61,619 nucleotides of DNA from an uncultured Pseudobdellovibrionaceae bacterium (GTDB lineage Bacteria; Bdellovibrionota; Bdellovibrionia; Bdellovibrionales; Bdellovibrionaceae), in the NCBI GenBank assembly GCA_964584655.1, contig CAZPBD010000002.1, positions 1-61,619 on the forward strand, given 5' to 3'. The position numbers and the translations under genes are program-made. The notes beneath the pieces were generated by a model, which did not search any database, was not told where the DNA came from, and was given only the letters and a program-made list of their open reading frames with translations. Position 1 is the first letter of the stretch; every line of letters starts with the position of its first letter. Below are positions 1-10,973 of the stretch, in pieces.

Positions 1-849
1 GGAACACGATTCCTACCTGACACAAAAACCGTTCCAAAAGAGATGCTCAATCTTGTGGACGCACCTACAATACTTTACGTTGTTGAAGAGGCCATTGAGG
101 CCGGCATCGAGGACATTGTCCTGATCGCGGGTCGAGGCAAACACGCGATCGAAGATTTTTTTGATACTTCTTTTGAGCTCGAAGATAAACTTGCACAAAC
201 TGGACAGCTTCATTTACTGGACCGACTTCTTAAAATCAGAAATGTCGCAAACATCATAAGTATTCGTCAAAAACAAGCCCTTGGCCTTGGGCATGCGGTT
301 TACTGTGCAAAACCCATTGTGGGAAAAGAGCCCTTCGCTGTTCTTTTGGGCGACGAGATCACAATCGGAAATAAACAAAACCTAAGCGTCACCGGGCAAT
401 TGGTGAAAAATTTTAACGACCATCAAGTGTCCTCGGTTTCGATCATGAAAGTTTCTGATCAAGATGTTTCAAAGTATGGAATCGCTGAAGTTGAAAAGAT
501 TGACGACATCCGACACAAAGTGATTTCGTTGGTTGAAAAACCAAAACCAGAACAAGTTAAAAGTCGAATGGCTCTTGCCGGTCGCTATGTCTTTGATTCT
601 CAATTGTTCGAAGAGCTGAAAAATGGACAACCTGGTTTGAATGGTGAAATTCAGCTGACTGACTCGATGAAAAGTCTTCTTCCAAAAAAAGGAATGCAAG
701 CCCTGACATTCTCTTCGAAAAGATACGATGCCGGTGATAAAATTGGATATCTGAAAGCCACCGTTGAAATCGCCATTACAAATCCTTCATTAGAAGTTGA
801 ATTTAAAGAATATTTAAAACAACTGACGAATTCCTGGAGCTCAAAATGA
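1..849 (+). CDS. galU: UTP--glucose-1-phosphate uridylyltransferase (5' end outside window)
   Basis: Frame 1 is open from base 1 (GTRFLPDTKTVPKEMLNLVD...), which is the conserved G-T-R-x-L-P-x-T-K-x-x-P-K-E-M-L region of GalU. The ORF track only starts at an internal Met (43). The rest (VEEAIEAGIEDIVLI, LGHAV, YGI, VEKP) is GalU-like. Confidence 0.9.
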   Translation, partial: GTRFLPDTKTVPKEMLNLVDAPTILYVVEEAIEAGIEDIVLIAGRGKHAIEDFFDTSFELEDKLAQTGQLHLLDRLLKIRNVANIISIRQKQALGLGHAVYCAKPIVGKEPFAVLLGDEITIGNKQNLSVTGQLVKNFNDHQVSSVSIMKVSDQDVSKYGIAEVEKIDDIRHKVISLVEKPKPEQVKSRMALAGRYVFDSQLFEELKNGQPGLNGEIQLTDSMKSLLPKKGMQALTFSSKRYDAGDKIGYLKATVEIAITNPSLEVEFKEYLKQLTNSWSSK

Positions 850-1628
850 AAATAATCTTTCTACTATGCTTTTTCTCCTCCACACTTTGGGCCTATATCC
901 CGCCCACACGTATGATTCTTCAAAGATTATCTGAAAACTCAGGAACTGGTGGGTATGAAATCGTCAAAGAAGTTAGGTTTTCAATTCCAGAGGCACCGAC
1001 AATCAAAGAAACTTGGAAGATCGATAATGAAAGAACATTTAAAGTCACAATAGAGGTTTTGAATTCAAACCCCGTGCAAAAAATGCAGTATTTGTATGCC
1101 GGTGGTCAAAGGTACATTCAAAACGGAACGAAGCGTGAAGTCAGCAAGATGCCAGTCGAGCAAGCCGAAAGAGTTTTCCACTTTAGATCCGTAGAAAATT
1201 TAGCTGCGTATCTTACAAATTTGCAGGTTTTGACTTCGGCTACCGGAAACTTGGATTTATCAAGACTCAATCGAGCTCAGGGCGTTGTGAATTATGGCCT
1301 GGGTAAAAAGACAGATCCCGATTCTGATCGAAAGCTTCCTTATTTATGGATCGAACAAGATCGATTCGTTATTCGTAAACTCAGATTTGAAAGCGATGTT
1401 GAGGTCACAGCGGATTCTTTCCAAACTCAGCCCAAAGGGCTTTATCACCCTGAAGAAATCAACGTGAAGTGGAAAGAAAAGTCGGCACGCATTAAAACCT
1501 TAAGTGTATCTTTAAAAAAATGGCCAGCTGATACTTTTCAATTACAAAATCTGGAAAACAGCCAATCTTTTCTACAAAGATTAAATCCCGATGAAACAAC
1601 CACCGAGTTCTACTCGAGGTTTCGTTGA
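846..1628 (+). CDS. hypothetical exported protein (260 aa)
   Basis: ATGA overlap with the galU stop. Hydrophobic leader MKIIFLLCFFSSTLWA. No catalytic motif recognised. Confidence 0.6.
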   Translation: MKIIFLLCFFSSTLWAYIPPTRMILQRLSENSGTGGYEIVKEVRFSIPEAPTIKETWKIDNERTFKVTIEVLNSNPVQKMQYLYAGGQRYIQNGTKREVSKMPVEQAERVFHFRSVENLAAYLTNLQVLTSATGNLDLSRLNRAQGVVNYGLGKKTDPDSDRKLPYLWIEQDRFVIRKLRFESDVEVTADSFQTQPKGLYHPEEINVKWKEKSARIKTLSVSLKKWPADTFQLQNLENSQSFLQRLNPDETTTEFYSRFR

Positions 1629-3643
1629 CCCATCCTCATTATTGGAAAGTGGCTGTCGAGGCTCCGCTGCGCGAGCCTCTGACTTATTTTTCTGAGCTTC
1701 CTTTGGAATTGGGTCAGTGGGTTCAAGTTCCACTTGGCAATAGAAAAGCTCTTGGAGTTGTTGTCGGTCAAGCCCCCGTTTATGAAGGGGAAATTAAAAG
1801 TATTATCGATATCTATTCTGACATTCCGCCTATTGCCCAACCTTTTCTAAAATGGATGCATTGGCTATCTGAATATTACTTTTATCCACTCGGAATGGTG
1901 GCTGAAATTTCCAGGCCCGCTTTGGACAAAAAAAATTCCAATCGAATATCGAAAAAAAAAGATGTTGTTCCCTCACAAATTCAAGATCAAGCCCCCGAGC
2001 TCACCGAGGAACAGAAAAAATGTATCAGTGAAATTCAATCTTACTCTGGCTTTCATACTCATCTCGTACACGGAGTTACGGGTTCAGGAAAAACCGAAAT
2101 CTATCTTCATTTGTTACAAAAAACTTTAGAGCAAAATAAAACGGCTATCGTTTTGGTCCCAGAAATTGCACTGACTCCACAATTGATTCAAAGATTTGCC
2201 GCAAGATTTGGTGATAAGATTGCAGCTTTCCACTCTCAAATGACTCCACGGGAAAAAACCAATCATTGGTGGGACATCGTTGAAGGTAGAAAACAAATCA
2301 TGATCGGTGCAAGATCAGCACTTTTTTGCCCACAGGATCGATTGGGTTTGATCATTGTGGATGAAGAGCATGAGCCATCTTACAAACAAGACGACAAACT
2401 TAAATATCATGCAAGGGATGCAGCTGTGATGATGGGACATTTTCACAATTGTCAGGTGATTTTGGGTTCAGCAACACCAAGTTTAGAAAGCTGGCATAAC
2501 GCTAAAATTGGAAAGTACAAACTTCATCAGCTAAAGCTGCGCGTCCATTCCTCGGGACTTCCGGATGTGGAAATCGTCGACATGAAATCAGTCGCCGAAG
2601 AAACAAAGCAAAACCAAAAAAAATTACCCTCGTGGTTATCAGATACCTTGTTTCAAAAAATGAATTCAGTATTGGAAAGTGGATACCAAATCGCTTTGTT
2701 TTTGAATCGTCGTGGAATGGCCAATGTGGTTATGTGCAATTCGTGCGGACATTCAATCGAGTGTCCCAATTGTGATATTCACCTCACGCTTCACTCTAAA
2801 TCACATCTTGTGTGCCATTATTGTGATTATCATGAAAATTTAAAAGCTCAGTGCGCTCAATGTAAAATCGGTGAAATGGCTGCTGTTGGATTGGGAACTG
2901 AAAAGCTCGAACAAGAGCTGCAAAAACTCTATCCCCACAAAACTGTTATTCGAGCAGATCGTGATGAAATTCAAAATAGAGAAGACTTAGAAAATTTCAT
3001 TCAAGATGTTGAAAGTGGAAAAGCTGATATCTTAGTGGGAACTCAAATGATCGCAAAAGGTTTGGATTTTCCCAAACTCAAACTTGTGGGCCTAGTTCTG
3101 GCTGACATTGGTTTTAATTTACCTGACTTCAGAGCCACAGAAAGAAATTTTCAATTGATTGTTCAAATGAGCGGTCGACCTGGAAGGCATCTGGATCAAA
3201 CGCAAAATCGCGGACAGGTTGTTATCCAAACTTTCAACCCAGACCATGAATGTTTGCAGTATGCTATTCAGCATGATTATGAAGGTTTCGTCGATACAGA
3301 GCTCGGCCACCGTCAAAGTTTGAATTATCCACCTTTTGGTCGGTTACTCAGCCTTCGAGTTCAGTCACCGGATCGACCAAAAGCAAAAGAGCTCGCCACT
3401 CAAGTCAGCCAGCGCGCACTTCAACTAAAAGCAAAGTTCAGTCAATACGAAGGTCTTGAAATTTTAGGTCCTGCTGAATCCCCCATTTCTAAATTAAAGG
3501 GGCAATACCGCTATCATTTGCTTCTTAAATCCAGTAGCGGTCTAGCTCTGCAAAGTTTTATTAAAAAGCTCATGGGCGATGAAAAGTGGATTCCATCCAG
3601 ATCTAGGGTGGTGGTTGATATTGACCCTCTTCACCTGACTTAA
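1625..3643 (+). CDS. priA: primosomal protein N' (replication restart helicase PriA)
   Basis: 672 aa. Walker A GVTGSGKTEIY and a DEEHE box. Cys-rich zinc insert (CNSCGHSIECPNC ... CHYCDY ... CAQC). TTG start overlapping the upstream stop. Confidence 0.92.
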   Translation: MTHPHYWKVAVEAPLREPLTYFSELPLELGQWVQVPLGNRKALGVVVGQAPVYEGEIKSIIDIYSDIPPIAQPFLKWMHWLSEYYFYPLGMVAEISRPALDKKNSNRISKKKDVVPSQIQDQAPELTEEQKKCISEIQSYSGFHTHLVHGVTGSGKTEIYLHLLQKTLEQNKTAIVLVPEIALTPQLIQRFAARFGDKIAAFHSQMTPREKTNHWWDIVEGRKQIMIGARSALFCPQDRLGLIIVDEEHEPSYKQDDKLKYHARDAAVMMGHFHNCQVILGSATPSLESWHNAKIGKYKLHQLKLRVHSSGLPDVEIVDMKSVAEETKQNQKKLPSWLSDTLFQKMNSVLESGYQIALFLNRRGMANVVMCNSCGHSIECPNCDIHLTLHSKSHLVCHYCDYHENLKAQCAQCKIGEMAAVGLGTEKLEQELQKLYPHKTVIRADRDEIQNREDLENFIQDVESGKADILVGTQMIAKGLDFPKLKLVGLVLADIGFNLPDFRATERNFQLIVQMSGRPGRHLDQTQNRGQVVIQTFNPDHECLQYAIQHDYEGFVDTELGHRQSLNYPPFGRLLSLRVQSPDRPKAKELATQVSQRALQLKAKFSQYEGLEILGPAESPISKLKGQYRYHLLLKSSSGLALQSFIKKLMGDEKWIPSRSRVVVDIDPLHLT

Positions 3644-3657
3644 GCTATAATAACCTT

Positions 3658-4491
3658 ATGTTAAATTGTCCCCATTGTGGTTTACAGGTAACTGACCTAC
3701 ATGCTGTGGATGCGAATCTTTCGCAAAAACTTTCAGAGTTAGGCGAGAACGCAGCTCCTCAAGTGTGTATGTCTTGCCTCACAGATTTTAGAAAGACAGC
3801 TAGCTCCAATAGTGGCGGGATTTTACTAGCTCAAGAGAAAGCGAAAGAACAACATCGACAACAACTTTGGAAAAGCCGCGTTTCGCTAGTAAAAAACGGG
3901 CGAAATCTAATGGGTCAGAAAATGTATTCCGAAGCTGCCGTGGCCTACGAAAAGTATTTAAAAATTTTAGAAATTGTTTTTGGAATCGAAAAGGGCCAAG
4001 GACTCAGCCCGGAAAATTTCAAAGACACAGCAAGAACAGAAGAGCTCACGATTGTGACTTCTGTTTATTGGGATCTCCTCAGAATTTATGACACCAGTGA
4101 CAAATACGGAGATCGCCAAGCTCAGGTTGCAAAACAGTTAGCTCACTTTATTAAATTTACTCCCATTTTCCCGGACATCATTAAAAGGGCTGAGGCTTTT
4201 GCAAGGCAGGCCAAACATCCCAATGTGATTAAAAATTTCCTGAAACAAGCCTCTGCTGAGCGACCCCGATGTTTCATTGCCACATCTGCATTTGAAAATC
4301 CTTATTCTTTAGAAGTTCAAACCCTTCGCACCTACCGAGATTTAAAATTAAAAAAATCTAAGTGGGGACGAAATTTTATATTTCAATATTATCGATTTTC
4401 TCCAATGATAGCCTGTTTTTTAGACAGACATAATTCTTTGAAACCCACAGTACGGTTCATTCTGCGGCTCTTGATTAAATGCGTTAGCTAA
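3658..4491 (+). CDS. zinc-ribbon/helical-repeat protein with C-terminal CFI-box-like domain
   Basis: N-terminal CPHC...CMSC pair. C-terminal RPRCFIATSAFENPYSLEVQTLRTYRDLKL...YYRFSP resembles the CFI-box-CTERM signature as I recall it. Confidence 0.6.
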   Translation: MLNCPHCGLQVTDLHAVDANLSQKLSELGENAAPQVCMSCLTDFRKTASSNSGGILLAQEKAKEQHRQQLWKSRVSLVKNGRNLMGQKMYSEAAVAYEKYLKILEIVFGIEKGQGLSPENFKDTARTEELTIVTSVYWDLLRIYDTSDKYGDRQAQVAKQLAHFIKFTPIFPDIIKRAEAFARQAKHPNVIKNFLKQASAERPRCFIATSAFENPYSLEVQTLRTYRDLKLKKSKWGRNFIFQYYRFSPMIACFLDRHNSLKPTVRFILRLLIKCVS

Positions 4492-4542
4492 TATTTTCAA
4501 TATCTACTTGCCATTGCTTCTGATGGCGATGAGGATTTTGCA

Positions 4543-5613
4543 ATGATTCATGATTATGTAATTATTGGAAGTGGACTCACAGGATTAATCGTTGCCAATC
4601 GACTTTCACAAGAAAGTAGTAAGGTCCTTTTACTAGAAGCAGGTGATCAAATTGGTGGTTGGCTCAGTCGACCTCACTTGCCATTTGTTCCCGGAAATGA
4701 TTCTGGAAAAAGTGCACTTCTGAATCTTGAAAATTTGCTCAATTTAAAGATCATGGGCCCCACTCTCGAATCCAATCCTATGACGTTTGATAGCGCAGAG
4801 CTCAAACCATTCTTGGGATTCGGAGAAAAAACTCCAGAATTTTACGACGAGATTTCTTATTACTGTCATTCTAAAAAAATTGAATTGAAACTTTCGCCCA
4901 CGGAATGGATTGCCAGATTAATTTCTCAATACAAAGGACAGTCTGCGACACGTTCGATCGTTACAAAATTTATAGTCGAAGATGGAAAAGTTCAGTCTGT
5001 CATGGTGAATGGCTCTAAAAAAATTGCGGGACATAATTTTATCTTTTGCGGAGATATCAAAGATCTCGAGCGATTGGTTCCTCATGATTTTAATAGCCCT
5101 AAGACTCGAACGAAAATTTCTAAAACAAAAACATGGACACGAGCGACATTAGTCATTGATCACAAAACAGAAGTGACTGATAGCTCACAACTTCATATCC
5201 TGATTGGCTCTGCTCAAGAAGAAGTTGTGACTTGCGTGGGGCAATTTCAAAATTCCACAAGCACTTGGACCACGTTTGTGTCAGACGAAGACGCTGAGGA
5301 TCCAGAAATCACAGCTCAAGCACTGAAGCATATTAAACGACAAATAAAGCGTGCCTACCCCAATTCTTTTCCTGATCAACTGACTGAAAAGATCGTCGTG
5401 CAATCAGGATTTGGTGGCCATTTTGATATTAAATTAAACGCCAATTTAACGTGGCCTGATTTGGAAAATCTGTGGATGGGTTCCTCTGGGTTTCACACCG
5501 ACAGAAATATTTTGGGTGCTCTCCAACAGTCATGGTTGGTCCTAGCTTCACTTGGTTTTTCAGTTGAAAACACAAGCGAGTTTGGCGAAGTCCTTGCTGA
5601 GTCTTTCACCTAG
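4543..5613 (+). CDS. NAD(P)/FAD-dependent oxidoreductase
   Basis: N-terminal dinucleotide-binding motif VIIGSGLTGL...VLLLEAGDQIGG. 356 aa. Confidence 0.7.
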   Translation: MIHDYVIIGSGLTGLIVANRLSQESSKVLLLEAGDQIGGWLSRPHLPFVPGNDSGKSALLNLENLLNLKIMGPTLESNPMTFDSAELKPFLGFGEKTPEFYDEISYYCHSKKIELKLSPTEWIARLISQYKGQSATRSIVTKFIVEDGKVQSVMVNGSKKIAGHNFIFCGDIKDLERLVPHDFNSPKTRTKISKTKTWTRATLVIDHKTEVTDSSQLHILIGSAQEEVVTCVGQFQNSTSTWTTFVSDEDAEDPEITAQALKHIKRQIKRAYPNSFPDQLTEKIVVQSGFGGHFDIKLNANLTWPDLENLWMGSSGFHTDRNILGALQQSWLVLASLGFSVENTSEFGEVLAESFT

Positions 5614-5692
5614 AGACCTCAGTCAAATTTAGTTCTGATTTACTTAGATCTGAAGTCTCTGTTGTGTCTAATTTTTTGACAAAAGGCAGGCC

Positions 5693-6799
5693 TTGAGACA
5701 GTTCCTTGTTCTTTTCTTATTCGTTCTAGCCACAGTCCTGGCGCAGGCAGCAGGTCGCTCTGGACCTGAGTGGACTTTTACGAACGATGAGCTCATCGAG
5801 CTTGGCCGAATTCGCGACACAATGTCTTTACCAAATGCCTCCGAAGGGCATGATCAGTATCAACGAAAAATGCTCTCTTTATGGGCCAGAGAAATTAAAT
5901 TAGCTTGTCCCGATTGTACAATTAAAAAGGCGGGCGGCTTTTTCACAATTGATCAACTTCGTGTTCAAATTTCAGAATCAGTTTGGTTCGAAATTAACCG
6001 TGACCCGTGGGTTTTAGAAGTTACAGCCAGCGCAATGGATCAGGAAACCTTTGCTAAGCATTCAGAACTTTTTCAAAAATTAATTTGGGATTCTGCTAAA
6101 AAAATTGGAATCAGTCCGCACACTCGCGTAGGCGGTGGTCATATTCATTTGGAAATTAAAAGTTTTTTTGGCAGTGATCGAAATTTATTCAGAAACTTCT
6201 TAGTTGATTTAGCTAATCACCCAGAACTTTTTCTGGGAGCGTTGGGATTTGATTTACTGAACGCTCCTCCCCTCGCCATTCTTTTCGGCAAACAAAAACA
6301 AAACTTTGAAAAGATACTGGCTGATTTCGATAAGGGTTCAATGAGCATCAATGAATTGATGGCTCGGATCAATTCTGAAGTCTATAGTGAAACATTTTAT
6401 GACCCCTATCCTCACCAGCAGCACAATCCAGAAAAATACCAGGCTGTTAACCTATTACACGATGAAACCATCGAGCTCAGAGGACTTAATCCCCAAGAAA
6501 GTGCTCGGATCCATTTTTTACTTCTACAGCTTTTCGAAGCAAGAATTGAATATTTAAAAAAACAAAAGGGCCTGCTCGCTTACAACAAAAAAGACTACTC
6601 GTCTCTCGTGCATAGCTTTTCAGTTCGTAAAATGGAATTTCATACCTCGAACATTGATCAAAGTTTTATTGAACAAAAAGCCAGATCCTACATTCAGGAA
6701 TCTGGCTTAAAGTGGAGTGACTATTCAGATTTAATTTTAAAAAACTTATCAACGGTCCAAACCCAAAACCCCAGCTGCAAAACAGCTGTGGGTCTGTAA
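5693..6799 (+). CDS. hypothetical exported protein (368 aa)
   Basis: TTG start. Leader MRQFLVLFLFVLATVLAQAA. Contains an ordered WFEINRDPWVLEV / GGGHIHLEI / ETIELRG motif series (see findings). Confidence 0.6.
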   Translation: MRQFLVLFLFVLATVLAQAAGRSGPEWTFTNDELIELGRIRDTMSLPNASEGHDQYQRKMLSLWAREIKLACPDCTIKKAGGFFTIDQLRVQISESVWFEINRDPWVLEVTASAMDQETFAKHSELFQKLIWDSAKKIGISPHTRVGGGHIHLEIKSFFGSDRNLFRNFLVDLANHPELFLGALGFDLLNAPPLAILFGKQKQNFEKILADFDKGSMSINELMARINSEVYSETFYDPYPHQQHNPEKYQAVNLLHDETIELRGLNPQESARIHFLLLQLFEARIEYLKKQKGLLAYNKKDYSSLVHSFSVRKMEFHTSNIDQSFIEQKARSYIQESGLKWSDYSDLILKNLSTVQTQNPSCKTAVGL

Positions 6800-6800
6800 T

Positions 6801-7091
6801 TTAATCGATTTTCTCAGCACCCCAAAGGCGACATTGCTGACCATCTGGTAAAATCAGCTTTGCTCCGGGACTATCCAAATCGATACCAAATTCTGCTAAG
6901 ATTTCTCGGCCTTCGTAACGGTTGAGCCTGCATCCAATTCCGACATCAACTAACCACTTGTCTCTCCAGCCGTCTTCAAGAATGGCATCATCATTTCTCA
7001 AGACCTTTACGACCTTAAACTTTTCAGTTCTTGCCATTGCGGCAAAAGCAAAACCCAAGGAAATGATAACGATTAAAAAAATGTTTTTCAT
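6801..7091 (-). CDS. small exported protein (96 aa)
   Basis: Leader MKNIFLIVIISLGFAFAAMA, two Cys residues. Convergent with the preceding gene. Confidence 0.5.
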   Translation of the reverse strand: MKNIFLIVIISLGFAFAAMARTEKFKVVKVLRNDDAILEDGWRDKWLVDVGIGCRLNRYEGREILAEFGIDLDSPGAKLILPDGQQCRLWGAEKID

Positions 7092-7116
7092 TTCTTAGTC
7101 CCCTTATTTTTGAGTA

Positions 7117-7515
7117 TTAAAATACGATACGAACTGAAGCTTTTTGTTGGTTTTGCGTGTTTTTATCAGTCACAACCAAAAAATCACAGGTTGCACGAAA
7201 CTTGTTTGATTTGTTTTGAATCTGAATTTCGTAGGTTCTTACATATAGCTGATTGGCTCTATCGTACCCCGAGTAAGAAATCAGAGTTTTTTTGTGAACG
7301 CAGTCTGTGTTTTGGTTTAATTCTAGAACAACTGGAAGTTCAGTGCTTTTCGTTTTCACGTCGAGAGAAAGCGAAACCTCAGATGTGGATCCGGTGTTAC
7401 GACTTGTAACCTGAGTAAATTCGTTCATTTTGATTTTTACAGAATTTGTCGAATAAGCAGAGGCCGTCGTAACAGCCGCAGAGAGAGCGATAAAAGTAAG
7501 CATTTGTTTTAGCAT
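7117..7515 (-). CDS. small exported protein (132 aa)
   Basis: Leader MLKQMLTFIALSAAVTTASA and beta-rich Ser/Thr/Asn composition. Preferred over the antisense + strand ORF 7110-7409, which has no such signal. Confidence 0.5.
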   Translation of the reverse strand: MLKQMLTFIALSAAVTTASAYSTNSVKIKMNEFTQVTSRNTGSTSEVSLSLDVKTKSTELPVVLELNQNTDCVHKKTLISYSGYDRANQLYVRTYEIQIQNKSNKFRATCDFLVVTDKNTQNQQKASVRIVF

Positions 7516-7755
7516 TTTGACTCCTTGAAAGTGTTTTGACCAGTAGCATCATAATCCACCTTTTTGCAAGCTTTCGTCCTGGGTCTTGAAAGGGTTTGCA
7601 CTTTGTACAGCACTTTGCTATCCCAATCAGTCAAATACACACTCCAGATTACGCTCTGGTCCCCCAACTTGGTTGATGGGGGTCGCATCCTGAAGGGAAC
7701 TCTTTCCTTTAGGCTCTGATCCGGAGGAGGCCCAACCAGAAAAACAGGAGATACT

Positions 7756-8694
7756 ATGGCAAGCATTACCATGAAAGAAATGCTCGATGCAGGCGTGCAC
7801 TTCGGGCACCAAACTCAACGATGGAACCCAAAAATGAAACCTTACGTGTACACATCACGTGGTGGGATTCACATCATTGACCTTCAAAAAACATTGGTTC
7901 GCGCTCAGAAAGCAGCAGACTTCATTAAAGATGTCGCAGCTAACGGTGGACGATTGATTTTTGTTGGAACTAAAAAACAAGCGATTGAGCCCGTGATGGA
8001 AGCTGCTCAACGTTGTGGTCAATACTACGTAACTAAGCGCTGGCTTGGTGGCATGTTGACGAATTTTGAAACGATCAAATCTTCGATCGCTCAAATGCGA
8101 AAAATCGACAAATTGAAAGAATCAGGCGAACTTGCTTTTTTAACTAAAAAAGAGCGCGCTCGAATTGAAAAAGAATACCTCAAACTTTCTGAGTTTTTGA
8201 ACGGTATCCGTGATCTTAAAACTATGCCTTCTGCTATGTTTGTTGTGGATCTTCCTAAAGAACATATCGCAGTCGCAGAAGCGAAGCGACTTGGTATTCC
8301 CGTCGTCGCAATTGCTGACACAAATTCTGATCCAGAAGTTATTGATTTTCCAATTCCTGGAAATGACGATGCAATCCGTTCGATCAAATTGTTTGCAGCT
8401 TTAGTTGCAGACTCCTATATCGAAGGTGCTAAAATTTACGAACAAAAAGTTCGTTCAATGTCTGATAAGCAACTTGATTCTGATAAAGATGCTAAAACTG
8501 AAGAGCAAGAAGCACCTAAAAAGCGTCCTGCAAAAGGTGGCGTCCGTCAGGAAAAAGACAAAAAAGCTGAAGGACCTGCAATCGTTAAAGTTTCTAAAGC
8601 CCGAAAACTCGTGGCCGCTGGAACTGCTGACGATATCGAGATTCAAGCTGAACTTGAAACTCCAGCTGAAACAACTGAAGAAACCCCTGAGTAA
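7756..8694 (+). CDS. rpsB: 30S ribosomal protein S2 with C-terminal charged extension
   Basis: [22 protein letters not shown]... is canonical S2. AGGAG lies 7 nt upstream of the ATG. 312 aa, about 60-70 aa longer than typical S2. Confidence 0.97.
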   Translation: MASITMKEMLDAGVHFGHQTQRWNPKMKPYVYTSRGGIHIIDLQKTLVRAQKAADFIKDVAANGGRLIFVGTKKQAIEPVMEAAQRCGQYYVTKRWLGGMLTNFETIKSSIAQMRKIDKLKESGELAFLTKKERARIEKEYLKLSEFLNGIRDLKTMPSAMFVVDLPKEHIAVAEAKRLGIPVVAIADTNSDPEVIDFPIPGNDDAIRSIKLFAALVADSYIEGAKIYEQKVRSMSDKQLDSDKDAKTEEQEAPKKRPAKGGVRQEKDKKAEGPAIVKVSKARKLVAAGTADDIEIQAELETPAETTEETPE

Positions 8695-8754
8695 TCAGGG
8701 GTTCGCCTCTTAATTCTTATCTTTTAAATTCTAAATAATTCTCAAGGAGATTTT

Positions 8755-10399
<1,645 letters not shown>

Positions 10400-10410
10400 A
10401 GGAGACTCGC

Positions 10411-10968
10411 ATGGTCGACCAAGTTAAAAAACAAACTCAAGATAAAATGGCGAAGGCGCTAACATCACTCACAGATGAATTTAAGAAAGTTAGAACTGGC
10501 CGAGCTCAAGTTTCCATGCTCGACAATATCAAAGTGAATTATTACGGAAACCCTTCTCCTTTGAACCAAGTGGCTTCGGTTTCCACCCCGGATGCAAAAA
10601 CCTTTTTGATCGCCCCTTGGGAAACTTCCATTTTAAAAGAAATCGAACAATCCATTGTTAAATCTGACATCGGCATGGCGCCAATTAATGATGGTAAAGT
10701 AATCAGACTCAAGGTTCCCGATCTGACTGAAGAACGACGTAAAGATTTAGCTAAACAAGTCAGCAAAATTGCTGAAGAATCCCGCGTTGCAATTCGTTTG
10801 ATTCGACGTGATGCCAATGAAGCTCTAAAAAAAGCAGCTAAAGACAAAGTCATCAGCGAAGACGAAACTAAGCGTGGTGAAACAGAAGTTCAAAAAGTGA
10901 CTGATGAATTTATTAAAAAAGTGGATCAGGTTGCTAAAGAAAAAGAACAAAGCATCCTGACTTTATAG
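10411..10968 (+). CDS. frr: ribosome recycling factor
   Basis: 185 aa. TGRA..SMLD..KV.YYG and PDLTEERRKDL motifs. Confidence 0.96.
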   Translation: MVDQVKKQTQDKMAKALTSLTDEFKKVRTGRAQVSMLDNIKVNYYGNPSPLNQVASVSTPDAKTFLIAPWETSILKEIEQSIVKSDIGMAPINDGKVIRLKVPDLTEERRKDLAKQVSKIAEESRVAIRLIRRDANEALKKAAKDKVISEDETKRGETEVQKVTDEFIKKVDQVAKEKEQSILTL

Positions 10969-10973
10969 GAACA

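Noticed and set aside
7110-7409. + strand 99-aa ORF antisense to the 132-aa exported protein gene.
   Set aside because: The minus-strand ORF has a textbook signal peptide and is longer. The + strand product is Cys/Phe-rich with no recognisable feature.
7509-7818. Minus-strand ORFs (87 and 63 aa) in and overlapping the rpsB upstream region.
   Set aside because: They have no SD or leader features. They overlap the rpsB start and SD, and their composition looks non-coding. I treat the region as a non-coding leader/promoter.
7855-8713. Several ORFs on both strands inside rpsB (7855-8094, 8091-8387, 8210-8404, 8405-8713, 8455-8646).
   Set aside because: They lie fully inside a confidently identified ribosomal protein gene. 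They are typical shadow ORFs of AT-rich DNA.
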